Shown here in pieces: positions 25,518 through 38,056 of a stretch of DNA of 64,000 nucleotides. Numbering within the stretch: the first letter of the stretch is position 1; every line of letters starts with the position of its first letter. The position numbers and the translations under genes were made by a program. The notes under the pieces were generated by a model. The model saw nothing but the letters and a program-made list of their open reading frames with translations, searched no databases and was not told the origin of the DNA. The stretch lies in NCBI GenBank assembly GCA_038087875.1, contig JAXLNO010001347.1:62001-126000 (forward strand). Reading direction: 5' to 3'. The DNA is from Malacoraja senta. Lineage: Eukaryota.

Positions 25518-25795
25518 GGGTGACACGGTGGAACAGCGGTAGAGTTACTGCCTTACAGCTCAAGAGACCGCCAGGTTCAATCCTGACCATGGAGTTTTTA
25601 CATTCTACCTGTGGGATTTCCCTGGGTGCTCGAACTTCCTCCCACACTCCAAAGATGAGTTTGTAGTTTAATAGGGTTTGGTAAAGATTATAAATTGTTG
25701 CTAGTCTATAGGATATTGCTACTGTATGGTGATCGCTGTTCAGCGTGGACTTGGTGGGCTGAAGAGCCTGTTCCAATGCTATATATCTATACCAT
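25518..25795 (+). mobile_element. V-SINE-type SINE
   Basis: gggtgacacggtggaacagcggtagag head; ggttcaatcctgac B-box. Confidence 0.7.
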
Positions 25796-26109
25796 CTTCA
25801 GCTGCAATATTCAGTAAGTTGTCCAAATCGGATTGCACCATGCCAGTACAACAAGAGCAGACTAAAAATATCAATGTAACATTTAACTTCTGCTTTGATA
25901 TGACCTCCTGGTGACTTGTTCACCACATCCCCCTTTGTCAGGGAGTTCCCCTATCGTCTCACTGGAGAGGCCCCACATTCACACTTACTCAAATACCACA
26001 CATTTCCTGCTAGACTAGTTTTTCAACTGTTTACTCTCACAGTCTGCCCTGTGAACATGCAGAAATTAACATCACAAAAAATCAGGATTGAACAACTCAT
26101 TATCAACCT

Positions 26110-26400
26110 TAGACACAGAGTGCTAAAGTAACTCAGCGAGACCGGCAGCATCTCTGGAGAAAAAGGCTGGATGACACTTTGGGTCGGGACCCTACTTCAG
26201 TCTCAAGCAGGGTTGGTCTGAAGAAGGGTCCCAACCCGATACATCAGTCTGAAGAAGGATCCCAACCTGAAGCTTCACCCAGCATCACCCATCCTTTATC
26301 TACAGAGATGCTGTGGAAGACCTCTGACCCGTTGAGTTACTCCAGCACTTTGTGACTCTCTTTGGTACAAACCAGCATCTGCAGTTCGTTGTTTCTACAT
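26110..26400. repeat. Inverted and tandem cluster of Penelope termini
   Basis: One minus-strand and two tandem plus-strand degenerate CTGAAGAAGG..CCC cores between inverted tagacac..agtaactcag arms. Confidence 0.7.
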
Positions 26401-26478
26401 CATTATCTATGTCTTTGAGAAAGCGTTTCCATAGAATTTGCATCCTAACAAAATGAGATCACACAAAGTTACCAATAA

Positions 26479-26803
26479 GGGCGGCACAGTGGCACAGCGG
26501 TAGAGTTGCTGCCTTACAGTGTTTGCAGTGCCAGAGACCCGGTTTCAATCCTGACTATGGCTGCTGTCTGTACGGAGTTAGTACGTTCTCCCCGTGACCT
26601 GCGTGGATTTTCGCTGAGATCTTCGATTTCTTACCACACTCCAAAGACGTGCAGGAATGTAGGTTAATTGGCTTGATGCATGTGTCAAATTGTCCCTCGT
26701 GTGTATAGGATAGTGTTGGTGTGCGGGTTAGTCGCTGGTCGGTGCAGACTCGGTGGGCCGAAAGGCCTGTTTCCACGCTGTGTAGCTAAACTAAAAAACT
26801 AAA
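26479..26803 (+). mobile_element. V-SINE-type SINE, full length
   Basis: gggcggcacagtggcacagcggtagagttgctgcc head; gggccgaaaggcctgtttccacgctg..taaactaaa tail. Confidence 0.85.
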
Positions 26804-27859
26804 GAACCTATTTTACATATCTCACTTCTTTGGTTCACGCTGTGTTCTCTCTGGTGTAGACTGATTGAGCCATTTTCAGTGTTTATTCTGGCTAAAAGAG
26901 ATAGCAACATGAAAACCACAGAAAGAATCTTAAAATAAACTGAATCATGCAGCATATAAACAGGCCATTTTGCCCAATCTTGTCTATGCTGACCGAGATG
27001 TTTATCTACAATTACATGAATTACGCCCATATCCCTCCCTGACTTTCCTACCAAAAGTCCAAATGCTTTATAGACATTGTGATTATATCTGCCTCTACCA
27101 TCTCCCCTGCAGCTCATTCCAGATAACTACTGCGGTGAGAAACGTCTGCTCAGATCCCCTTAGCATCTCTCTCCCATCACCTTAAACCTCCTGTTCTAGT
27201 CTCCACTGCCCTGGGAAAGAGACAGTAACTCTCTATCCTATCTATACTCTAAAGTTAGACACAAAATGCTGGAGCAGGGCAGGCAGTATTTCTGGTGAGA
27301 AGGAATGGATGATGTTTAGAAACGTCACTCATTCCTTCCCTCCAAAGATGCTGCCTGTCCTGCTGAGTTACTCCAGCATTTTATGTCTGTATTCGGTGTA
27401 AAACAGCATCTGTAGATCCTTCCTGAAGAAGGGTCTCAACCCGAAAAGGTCTCGACCCGAAATATCACCCATTCCTTCTCTCCAATGATGCTGCGTGTCC
27501 CACTGAGTTACTCCAGCTTTTTGTGTCTTTCTTCTGTTTAAACCAGCATCTGCAGTTCCTTCCGACCCAATCTATAGCCCTCATTATTTCACTCCTGCAT
27601 TCTAGTGAGAATAAATGCAGCCTATCCAATCTCTTCACATAACCACATACCTCTATTCCAGGCAACAACCTGGCTAAACCGTTCTGCATTATTTTTGATG
27701 CCATCACATCCTTTTTGGTTTAGAGATACATTGCAGAAACAGGCCCTTCGGCCCACGCCGACCAGTGATCCCCACACAGTAACGTTAGTAGAGGAGCGAC
27801 CAGAACTCTACGCAATACTCCATGTGCAGTCTAACCAATGTTTTGTTTGATTTCTCAAA

Positions 27860-28450
27860 TCTTATACCTGATGCCAGAGTCTATTCAGTTATACAGGGCC
27901 CTGGTGATACTGCACCTGGAGTATTTTGTGCAGTCTTGGTCGCCTAGTTTGAAGAAGGACATTCTAGCTACTGAGGGAGTCCAGCAAAGTTCACCAGGTT
28001 AATTACCGGGATGGCAGAGCTGACATATGATACAAGAATGAATCGACTGGCTTATATTCACTGGAATTCAGAAGGATGAGAGAGTCTCTTATAGAAACAG
28101 AATACTAATAAGGGATTGGACAGATGCAAGAAAAATATTCTCCATGTTGGGGGAGTCAGAATCAGGGGTCACAGTTTAAGAATAATGGGTAGGCCATTTA
28201 TAATTGAGATGGAGAAAAACCTTTTCACCCAGAGAGTTGTGAATCTGTTGAATTCTCTCCCACAGAAGGCAGTGGAGACCAATTCACTGAATGTATTCAA
28301 GAGAGAGTTAGCTCTTAGGGTTAATGAAATCAAGGGATATGGGGAGAAAGTAGGAACGGGGTACTGATTCTGGTTGATCAGCAATGACTATATTGAATGG
28401 TGGTGGTGGCTTGAAGGGCCAAATTGCCTACTCCTGCACCAATTTTATAT
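27860..28450 (+). mobile_element. CR1 3' fragment, tail-to-tail with the next CR1
   Basis: Decayed HLEY/QRRFTRL and GHSLRI...SLPQKAVE blocks. Confidence 0.8.
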
Positions 28451-30660
28451 AGAAACATAGAAAATAGGTGTAGGAGGAGGCCATTCGACCCTTTGAGCCA
28501 GCACCGCCATTCATTGTGATCATGGCTGATCATCCCCAATCAATAACCCGTGCCTGCCTTCTCCCCATATCCCTTGACTCCACTAGCCCCTAGAGCTCTA
28601 TCTAACTCTCTCTTAAATCCATCCAGTGATTTGGCCTCCACTGCCCTCTGTGGCAGGGAATTCCATAAATTCACAACTGTCTGGGTGAAAATGTTTTTTC
28701 TCACCTCAGTCTTAAATGACCTCCCCTTTATTCTAAGACTGTGGCCCCTGGTTCTGGACTCGCCCAACATTGGGAAAAAATGTCCTGCATCAAGCTTGTC
28801 CAGTCCTTTTATAATTTTATATGTTTCTATAAGATTCCCCCTCATCCTTCTAAACTCCAGTGAATACAAGCCTAGTCTTTTCAATCTTTCCTCATATGAC
28901 AGTCCCGCCATCCCAGGGATCAATCTCTTGAACCTACGCTGCACTGCCTCAATCACAAGGATATCCTTCCTCAAATTAGGAGACGAAAACTGTACACAAT
29001 ACTCCAGATGTGGTCTCACCAGAGCCCTATACAACTGCAGAAGAACCTCTTTACTCCTATACTGAATTCCTCTTGTCATGAAGGCCAACATTCCATTAGC
29101 TTTCTTCACTGCCTGCTGTACCTGCACGCCAACTTTCAGTGACCGGTGTACCTCCTCCTTACCTAACCTAACCCCATTGAGATAATAATCTGCCCCCTTG
29201 TTTTTGCCGCCAAAGTGGATAACCTCACATTTATCTGTATTATACTGCATCTGCCACGCATCTGCCCACTCCCTCAACCTGTCCAGGTCACCCTGCAACC
29301 TCCTAACATCCTCTTCACAGTTCACACTGCCACCCAGCTTTGTGTCATCCGCAATCCTCTTCACAGTTCACACTGCCACCCAGCTTCGTGTCATCCGCAA
29401 ACTTGCTAGTGTTGCTCCTAATTCCCTCTTCCAAATCATTAATATATATGGTAAACAGTTGCGGCCCCAACACCGAGCCTTGCGGCACTCCACTCGCCAC
29501 TGCCTGCCATTCTGAAAAGGACCCATTCACTCCTACTCTTTGCTTCCGGTCTGCCACCCAATTTTCTATCCATGTCAACACCCTACCCCCAATATCATGT
29601 GCTCTAATTTTAGTCACCAGTCTCCTGTGCGAGACCTTATCAAAGGCTTTCTGAAAGTCTAGATACACTACATCCACTGGCACCCCTTCATCCATTTTAC
29701 TTGTCACATCCTCAAAAAATTCCAGAAGATTAGTCCATGTTGACTTGGACTAATCCTTTTACTGCTATCCAAATGCCCCATTATTACCTCTTTAATAATT
29801 GACTCCAGCATCTTTCCCACCACCGAAGTCAGGCTAACTGGTCTGTAATTCCCCGTTTTTTCTCTCGCTCCTTTCTTGAAAAGTGGGATAACATTAGCTA
29901 TCCTCCAATCCACAGGAACTGATCCTGAATCTATTGAACATTGGAAAATGATCACCAATGCGTCCACTATTTCTAGAGCCACCTCCCTGAGGACCCTGGG
30001 ATGCAGACCATCAGGCCCAGGGGATTTATCATCCTTCAATCCCATTAGCCTACCCAATACTATTTCTCACCTAATGAAAATTTCTTTCAGTTCCTCTACC
30101 CCCTTAGATCTTCTGTCCTCCAGTACATCTGTGAGATTGTTTGTGTCTTCTTTAGTGAAGACAGATCCGAAGTACCTATTCAACTCTTCTGCCATTTCCT
30201 TGTTGCCATTAATAATTTCACCCGTGTCTGGCTTCAAGGTACCCACATTTGACATTGCTACACTTTTTCCCTTCACATATATAAATAAGCTTTTACTGTC
30301 CTTCTTTATATTCCTGGCGAGCTTCCCCTCGTACTTCATTTTTTCAGCCCGTATTGCCGGTTTTGTTTCCTTCTGTTGTCCTATGAAAGTTTCCCAATCC
30401 TCTGGCTTCCGGCTATTTGCTGTGTTATACCTCTTTTCTTTTAGTTTTATTCTATCCCTAACTTCTCTTGTCAGCCACGGTTGCCTCCTACTCCCCTTAG
30501 AATCTTTCTTTCTTTTTGGAATGAAATAATCCTGCGTCTCCCGGATTATGCCCAGAAATTCCTGCCATTGCTGTTCCACCGTCATTCCTGCTAGGATCCC
30601 TTTCCAGTCTACTTTGGCCAGCTCCTCTCTCATGCCTTCATAGTCCCCTTTGTTCAACTG
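28450..30660 (-). mobile_element. CR1 LINE, ~2.2 kb, disrupted
   Basis: ORFs 30067-30657, 29704-30057, 29345-29707 and 28540-29364 are consecutive CR1 ORF2 segments; a 46-bp tandem duplication spans the FADD motif. Confidence 0.93.
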
Positions 30661-31351
30661 TTTCTATGTCTAGGTGGACAAACATGCCAAAGTGCATTCT
30701 TTGCTTTCCTGTCTACCCTTGTCACCGTTTTCAGGTAACTATGAACTTGCAACCCAAGGACTCTCTGTATATTAACACCCCTCAGGTTTTTACCTTTTAT
30801 GTCCTACCAGAACATGACATGCCGACACGCACAACGTCACACATGTCTGGATTACATTCCTTCTGCTATTGCTCCATCCAGCTCTCCAGCTAATCTGTAT
30901 CCCACTGGGTCCATAGACAACCTTCTTCAATGTACATGTCATCTGCAAACCTACTAATCAAACCACCAATATTCACATCCACATCATATATACTATCCAC
31001 TGCAAAACACAAAGGGCTGCAGGGACTCAGCAGGTCAGGTAATATCTGGAGGGATTTTATCCCCGCCAAAAATAAACATTATTCAGAATAATGAAATATA
31101 CACAAAACAAGAACAGTGCAAAAAACGTTTCTGCCATTCTCAGTGTCCACATGAATTAATTACGGTTATTTTTGGTTGTGTTCACAAACTATCCTTATAT
31201 CAAGCACCCTTGCCACTCGTATAGCCCTCCTGGGTTAATAGCCCGTCCCTTGTTTGAGGGCCGTCTTCACCAGTTGCAGCCCCCCAATGTATTGCCACGA
31301 AGGACCCTAGACTGTAGACCTCCACTGAGCCTTGGTGTTGGCTGCACCAAG

Positions 31352-32041
31352 CTCCAGTGAGTCCCTCAGTACGTAGTCCTGCAGTCTGGAATGGACAGAT
31401 GATGTTTTGGGTCAGACACTTCTTCAGACTGATTGTAATAGAAAGCTGAAAAAGAGATGTGGGGCTGGGACAAAGCCTGGCAAGTGATACAGGTGATAAG
31501 ACATAAAATGCTGGAGTAACTCAGCGGGCCAGGCAACATCTCTGGAGAGAAGGAATGGGTGCCTTTTTAGGTCGAGATTCTTCTTCAGACTAGTTGGGGA
31601 TAAGGGAAACAAGAGATATAGACAATGATGTTGAGAGATAAAGAACAATGAATGAAAGATATGCAAAAAAGTAACGATGATAAAGGAAAACAGGCCATTG
31701 TTATTTATTTGTTGGGTGAAAACGAGAAGCTGGTGCGAGTTGAGAACAGATTTTGATAAGTAGACGGGTGGAGTAAGTGGCAACGGCTAGAGGTGAAAAG
31801 GTGACAAAGGGTCAGAAGAAGGGTCTTGTCCAGAAACATCACCCATTCCTTCTCTCCAGAGATGTTGCCTGTATTACTCCAGCTTTTTGTGTCTTATCGC
31901 CTGTATCACTTGCCAGGCTTTGTCCCAGCTCCACATCTCTTTTTCAGCTTTCTATTACAATCAGTCTGAAGAAGTGTCTGACCCAAAACATCATCTGTCC
32001 ATTCCAGACTGCAGGACTACGGGCTGACGGACTCACTGGAG
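31352..32041. repeat. ~168-bp inverted repeat (31352-31519 / 31874-32041) built from Penelope termini
   Basis: Arms near-identical, with only a handful of mismatches; the spacer also contains Penelope termini. Confidence 0.85.
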
Positions 32042-32122
32042 AGTTTTAACCAGCATCAGCAGTTCCTTCCTGTACATCGTGCCTTGTGCAGCATTGTTCT
32101 GTGTCTCCAAATAGAGTGTAAA

Positions 32123-33146
32123 CATTCCTCCGTCTACGCCGCATCTGCTCCCAGGATGAGGCGTTCCACTTCAGGGAACGGGGGTTCCCCTCCTCCACCA
32201 TAGATGAGGCTCGCACCAGGGTCTCTGCCATACCCCGCAACACTGCTCTCTCTCCCCATCCCCCCACTCACAACAAGGGCAGAGTCCCCCTAGTCCTCAC
32301 CTTTCACCCCACCAGCCGTCACATACAACAAGTGATCCTCCGTCAGTTTCGCCACCTCCAACGTGACCCCACCACTCGCCACATCTTCCCATCTCCCCCC
32401 ATGTCTGCCTTCCGCAAAGACCGCTCCCTCCGTAACTCCCTTGTCAATTCTTCCCTTCCCTCCCGTACCACCCCCTCCCCGGGTACTTTCCCTTGCAACC
32501 GCAAGAGATGCAACACTTGTCCCTTCACCTCCCCCCTCGACTCCATCCAAGGACCCAAGCAGTCGTTCCAGGTGCGACAGAGGTTCACCTGCATCTCCTC
32601 CAACCTCATCTATTGCATCCGCTGCTCTAGATGCCAGCTGATCTACATCGGTGAGACCAAGCGGAGGCTTGGCGATCGTTTCGCCGAACACCTCCGGTCG
32701 GTCCGCAATAACCAACTTGACCTCCCGGTGGCTCAGCACTTCAACTCCCCCTCCCATTCCGTATATGACCTCTCTGTCCTGGGTCTCCTCCATGGCCACA
32801 GCGAGCAACACCGTAAATTGGAGGAAATGCACCTCATATTCCGCTTGGGTAGTCTACATCCTGGTGGCTTGAACATTGAATTCTCCCAACTCTGCTAGCC
32901 CTTGCTGTCCCCTCCCCTTCATCAGCCCTCTGGTTGTCTCCTCCCCTCCCCCAGCCCTCGGGCTCCTCCTCCGCCTTTTTTCCCTTTTTCCTTTCTTCTC
33001 CCCACCCCCTTTCAGTCTGAAGAAGGGTTTTGGCCCGAAACGTTGCCTATTTCCTTCGCTCCACAGATGCTGCTGCACCCGCTGAGTTTCTCCAGCATTT
33101 TTGTGTACCTTCGATTTTCCAGCATCTGCAGTTCCTTCTTTAACAC
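32123..33146 (+). mobile_element. Young Penelope-like element, 5'-truncated, intact GIY-YIG ORF, 13-bp TSD
   Basis: ORF 32332-32898 (CNRKRCNTC, IYCIRC...IYIGETKRRLGDRFAEHL, QHFN). TSD AA(T/C)AGAGTGTAAA at 32110-32122 / 33147-33159. Confidence 0.93.
33017..33044 (+). ncRNA. Minimal type-I hammerhead ribozyme motif (Penelope terminus)
   Basis: CUGAAGA-A-GGGU(UUUG)GCCC-GAAAC-GUU; complete core. Confidence 0.65.
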
Positions 33147-33351
33147 AACAGAGTGTAAATAAAACCTGGCATCCTCTGTGCCATTTAAATTAATTATGAT
33201 TGATGTATATTTTTATTCCATGCAATCTTACAAAGTATTCCACAATACACCACTCGGCAGCATTCAGTGGATGGTGCCTGAGGCAAGGCAACTCTTTGAA
33301 CTAGTTCATGGATCACATGTGTATTCTTTTTACATTGTCTTTTACAATTTA

Positions 33352-36300
33352 TTATTATTTTTTTTTAATTTTTATTTATTAGAAGTACATTACATTACAA
33401 CCGCATACATTAGTACTCGTCATTTATATCTTCTTTCAATTAATGTACTCCATTTATTTTTTACACTAGAAAAGGAAAAGATTGAAAGAAAGAAGAAAGT
33501 GAAGGAAAAAGTGAAAGTGTAGGAAATGTGACAACAAAAAAGGACAAAGACCCTATAAGAGCAAAATTAAAAACAAAAGAAAAAGAGTTAAGAAATAGGC
33601 CCTAGAAAAGAAAGAGAAAGAGAAAGAGGAAAAAGAGAGAAACAAATATTTTTTTGAGCATTACGTAAATGGGACATACCAACTCTTCAACTATCATCCC
33701 CCCTTACCTGACCTGAATTTTTTTTAAAGTACTTTTGCACCCTATATTTGTAATAATTCTATAAATGCAGACCACGTCAGGTGGAAGTGATCTGGTTTAC
33801 CTGCTAGGAGGAGTCTTATCTCTTCTAGGTGTAATGTTTCAAACATATTTGAAATCCACATATTTATAGTTGGTATTGGAGCCTTCTTCCAAAATTTTAG
33901 AATTAGCTTTTTTTCAGTTATTAACCCATAGTCCATTAGTTTCTTTTGAAACACATTTAGTTCTGGACCATCTTCCGTTATTCCGAAGATAATCCATTCT
34001 GCTTTGGGTATCAGTCTTGTTTTAAATAACTTTGTAAAGATTTCAAAAATTTCATTCCAAAATTTTTTAAATTTTTGTACAGAAAACGAATGAGTGCGCT
34101 ATAGTAGCTTCTTGGGATTGACATTTATCACACATTTATCACAAACACAGATCAAAAAATATTAGCGAAAACATTAGCTAGAAGATTAAGTAAATACATT
34201 AGTAAATTAATAAACCCAGATCAGACAGGGTTTATTCCTAAGAGATACTCTTCTAATAATATGAGACGTCTACTCAACATAATGCACTCACACAAATCTG
34301 AAGATCAAGAATTATCAATTATTTCGCTGGATGCTGAAAAAGCATTTGATCAAGTAGAATGGAATTATATGGATAAAGTATTACAAAAATTTCAACTGGG
34401 AGAGAATTTTATTTTATGGATTAAGTTACTATATAACAAACCTACAGCTAGAATACTTACTAATAACATATTATCCTCGAAATTTCAACTATCAAGGGGA
34501 AATAGACAAGGATGCTCATTATCACCACAGCTGTTTGCTCTCATTATTGAACCGCTAGCAGAAAAAATTAGAATACACCCTGATATTCATGGATATAATA
34601 CTAAAGACTCGTATAATAAAATATCTTTATACGTGGATGATATATTATTGTATATTACAAAACCTCAAATCACTATACCAAATATATTAAATTTAATTGA
34701 AGACTTCGGATCTTTTTCTGGATATAGAATAAATTGGAATAAAAGTGAAATTATGACAATAAAACCGAAAGATTCAACACATCTTTTAAAATTCCCTTTT
34801 AAAATAGCTACAGAAAAATTTAAATATTTGGGAATCGAAATTACCAGAACATATCAAGGTATGTTCGGGGCAAATTTTGACCCCCTACTTAATAAACTGA
34901 ATACATTAATTAAATTCTGGAAAACGCTCCCGATGTCTTTAATAGGCCGAATAAACGCAATAAAAATGATCTTTTTACCACAAATTTTATACCTATTTCA
35001 ATCAATTCCTATATACTTACCTAAGAAGTTTTTTAAAAAACTCGACTCAGATATCACTAATTTTATATGGGACTATAAATCACATAGAATACAAAAAACC
35101 CATCTGAATAAACCTAAAGTATTGGGGGGTCTAGCACTACCTAATTTTATGTATTATTATTGGTCAGTAAATATTAAAAACATGGTTCAACTGATGGATA
35201 ACTCCGCCCAGCAAGTAGACTGGATTGTAATGGAAAAAGAGGATTGCTCCTCTAGAAACATTGGAGCGATCCTCCTCTCTCCAATGAAATTGAATAACAT
35301 AAACTATAATAAGAACCCAATTATTCATAGTACAATCCGTATTTGGAAACAAATAAAACAAAATTTAAAATTAAGAAACTTATCACTTTTATTACCTATA
35401 GTCAATAACCCTTCGTTTAGTCCTTCTATTATAGATAAAGCTTATACACAATGGGATAGACTAGGAATTAAAACGCTTGGTGACTTGTATGAAACTGGAA
35501 AATTACTTTCATTTCAACAATTACAAATAAAATATAAACTCGGAAATAATCAATATTTTAAATACTTTCAAATATGCGACTATTTGAAAAAATATACAAA
35601 AGATCATCATAATAACCCAGCAGATGTACTGGACGAGGCAATGCAGATAAAAGCGGAATCAGCAAACTTAATATCATATTTGTATAATATTATCTTAAAT
35701 GCACAAATACCATCTACGGAGGGTATCAGAAGAGACTGGGAACAAGAGTTAGCTATTAAAATTTCAAAGGAAAGTTGGAATGAATACTTATTAAACGTGC
35801 ATAAATGCTCGATTAATGTAAGACACACTTTAATACAATTTAAAATTTTACATAGATTATATTATTCGAAAACTAAAATTCATAAAATTTTCCCAAACGT
35901 ATCATCTATTTGTGATAAATGTCAATCCCAAGAAGCTACTATAGCGCACTCATTTGTCTTCTGTACAAAAATTCAACAATTTTGGAATGAAATTTTTGAA
36001 ATCTTTACAAAGTTATTTAAAACAAGACTGATACCCAAAGCAGAATGGATTATCTTCGGAATAACGGAAGATGATCCAGAACTAAATGTGTTTCAAAAGA
36101 AATTAATGGACTATGGGTTAATAACTGGAAAAAAGCTAATTCTAAAATTTTGGAAGAAGGCTCCAATACCAACTATAAATATGTGGATTTCAAATATGTT
36201 TGAAACATTACACCTGGAAGAGATAAGACTCCTCCTAGCAGGTAAACCAGATCACTTCCACCTGACGTGGTCTGCATTTATAGAATTATTACAAACATAG

Positions 36301-36833
36301 GGTGCAAAAGTACTTTAAAAAAAAATAAAAAATTGAGGTCAGGTAAGGGGGGATGATAGTTGAAGAGTTGGTATGTCCTATTTACGTGATGCTCAAAAAA
36401 AAAACATTTGTTTCTTTTTTTTTTTCTCTTTCTCTTTTCTTTTCTTAGGGCCTATTTCTTAACTCTTTTTCTTTTTGTTTTTAATTTCGCTCTTATAGGG
36501 TCTTCGTCCTCTTTTGTTGTTACATTTTCTACACTTTTCTACACTTGCACTTTTTCCTTCACTTTCTTCTTTCTTTCAATCTTTTCTTTTTCTAGTGTAA
36601 AAAAATAAATAAAGGGAGTACATTAATTGTAAGAAGATATAAATGACGAGTATTAATGTATGTGGTTGTAATGTAATGTACTTCTAATAAATAAAAATTT
36701 AAAAAAAAAAAAAAAAAAAAATAGATGATACATTAGGGAAAATTTTATGAATTTTAGTTTTTGAATAATATAATCTATGTAAAATTTTAAATTGTATTAA
36801 AGCGTGTCTTACATTAATCGAACATTTATGCAC
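33352..36833 (-). mobile_element. 5'-truncated L1 (33352-34143 and 36721-36833), split by a second L1 and flanked by a 163-bp direct repeat
   Basis: The two pieces are contiguous in the full-length L1 (…gacatttatcacaa|atagatgatac… near 53400). Flanks 33189-33351 = 36834-36996. Confidence 0.88.
34144..36720 (+). mobile_element. 5'-truncated young L1 (RT, C-terminus, 3'UTR, poly-A) nested in the opposite-strand L1
   Basis: ORF 34261-36300 nearly identical to the C-terminal part of ORF2 53012-56803, but YVDD instead of YADD; poly-A at about 36700-36720. Confidence 0.93.
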
Positions 36834-37129
36834 ATTAATTATGATTGATGTATATTTTTATTCCATGCAATCTTACAAAGTATTCCACAATACACCACTC
36901 GGCAGCATTCAGTGGATGGTGCCTGAGGCAAGGCAGCTCTTTGAACTAGTTCATGGATCACATGTGTATTCTTTTTACATTGTCTTTTACAATTTAGTTG
37001 ACCAATTAGTTTAAATATTTTTCCCCCAAGTTACTGAACTTTTTCCACAGGAAGTACTTTTTTATGGCCCATTCTAGTGAGAATATTGATGACTGAAAAA
37101 CAAGAAAACTGTTCTTCTGTACTCACTCT

Positions 37130-38040
37130 AAACTCATGACTGCGTAGCCAGACGTAGTCTGAACTCCATCATCAAGTTCGCCGACGACACCACTGTTGTG
37201 GGACGAAACACTGATGGTGATGAGTCAGAGTATATTAGTGAGATCGACCGATTGACCAAATGGTGCCAGCACAATAACCCGGCCCTCAACACCAGTAAAA
37301 CCAAGGAACTGATTGTGGACTTTGGAAGAGGTAGGATAGGAACCCACAATCCCGTTTATATCCTGGGACGATGGTGGAAAGGGTCAAGAACTTCAAATTC
37401 CTGGGCGTGCATATTTCCGAAGATCTTTCCAGGTCCCAACACACTGATGCAATCATAAAGAAGGCACAGCAGCGCCTCTACTTCCTGAGAAGATTACGGA
37501 GAGTTGGTATGTCAAGGAGGACTCTCTCGGACTTCTACAGGTGCACAGTAGAGAGCATGCTGACTGGTTGCATCGTGGCTGGGTTCGGCAACTTGAACGT
37601 CCAGGAGCGGAAAAGAATCCACAAAGTTTGTGACTACTGCCCAGTCCATCTTCGGCTCTGACCTCCCTTCCATCGAAGGGATCCATCGCAGTCGCTGCCT
37701 CAAAATGGCTGCCAACAGACCCGCACCATCCTGGCCACACACTCATCTCTCCGTTGCCATCAGGAAGAAGGTGCAGGAGCTTGAAATCTGGAACATCCAG
37801 GTTCAAGAACAGCTTCTTCCCCACAGCCATCAGGCTATTAAACACGACATCAAACAAACTCTGAACAATAACAGCCTATTGCACTTTAAATGTTTATTTA
37901 TTGTGTATATATATGGTCTATGGTATATAGACACCCTGAACTTTTATCTCTGTATTATGTTTACATATTCTGTTGTGCTGCAGCAAGCAAGAATTCATTG
38001 TCCTATCTGGGACACATGACAAAAGAACTCTCTTGACTTT
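37130..38040 (+). mobile_element. Rex1/Babar LINE, 5'-truncated, frameshifted
   Basis: IIKFADDTTVVG...LNTSKTKELIVDF, FKFLGVHISEDL...KKAQQRLYFLRRL, FYRCTVES. Confidence 0.9.
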
Positions 38041-38056
38041 TGGGCAGCACTATTAT

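Noticed and set aside
26479-26560. tRNA genes
   Set aside because: A/B-box-like heads run straight into SINE core and LINE-like tails; no cloverleaf could be completed.
27440-27458. ACGU-to-AUAU change in hammerhead helix III as covariation evidence
   Set aside because: CpG deamination on both strands explains it equally well, so it was not counted as support.
33352-36720. Twin-priming inversion of a single L1
   Set aside because: Both arms have their own 3'UTR and A-rich tail, they differ by several percent, and the missing continuation of the left arm is found at 36721-36833. Nesting explains all of this.
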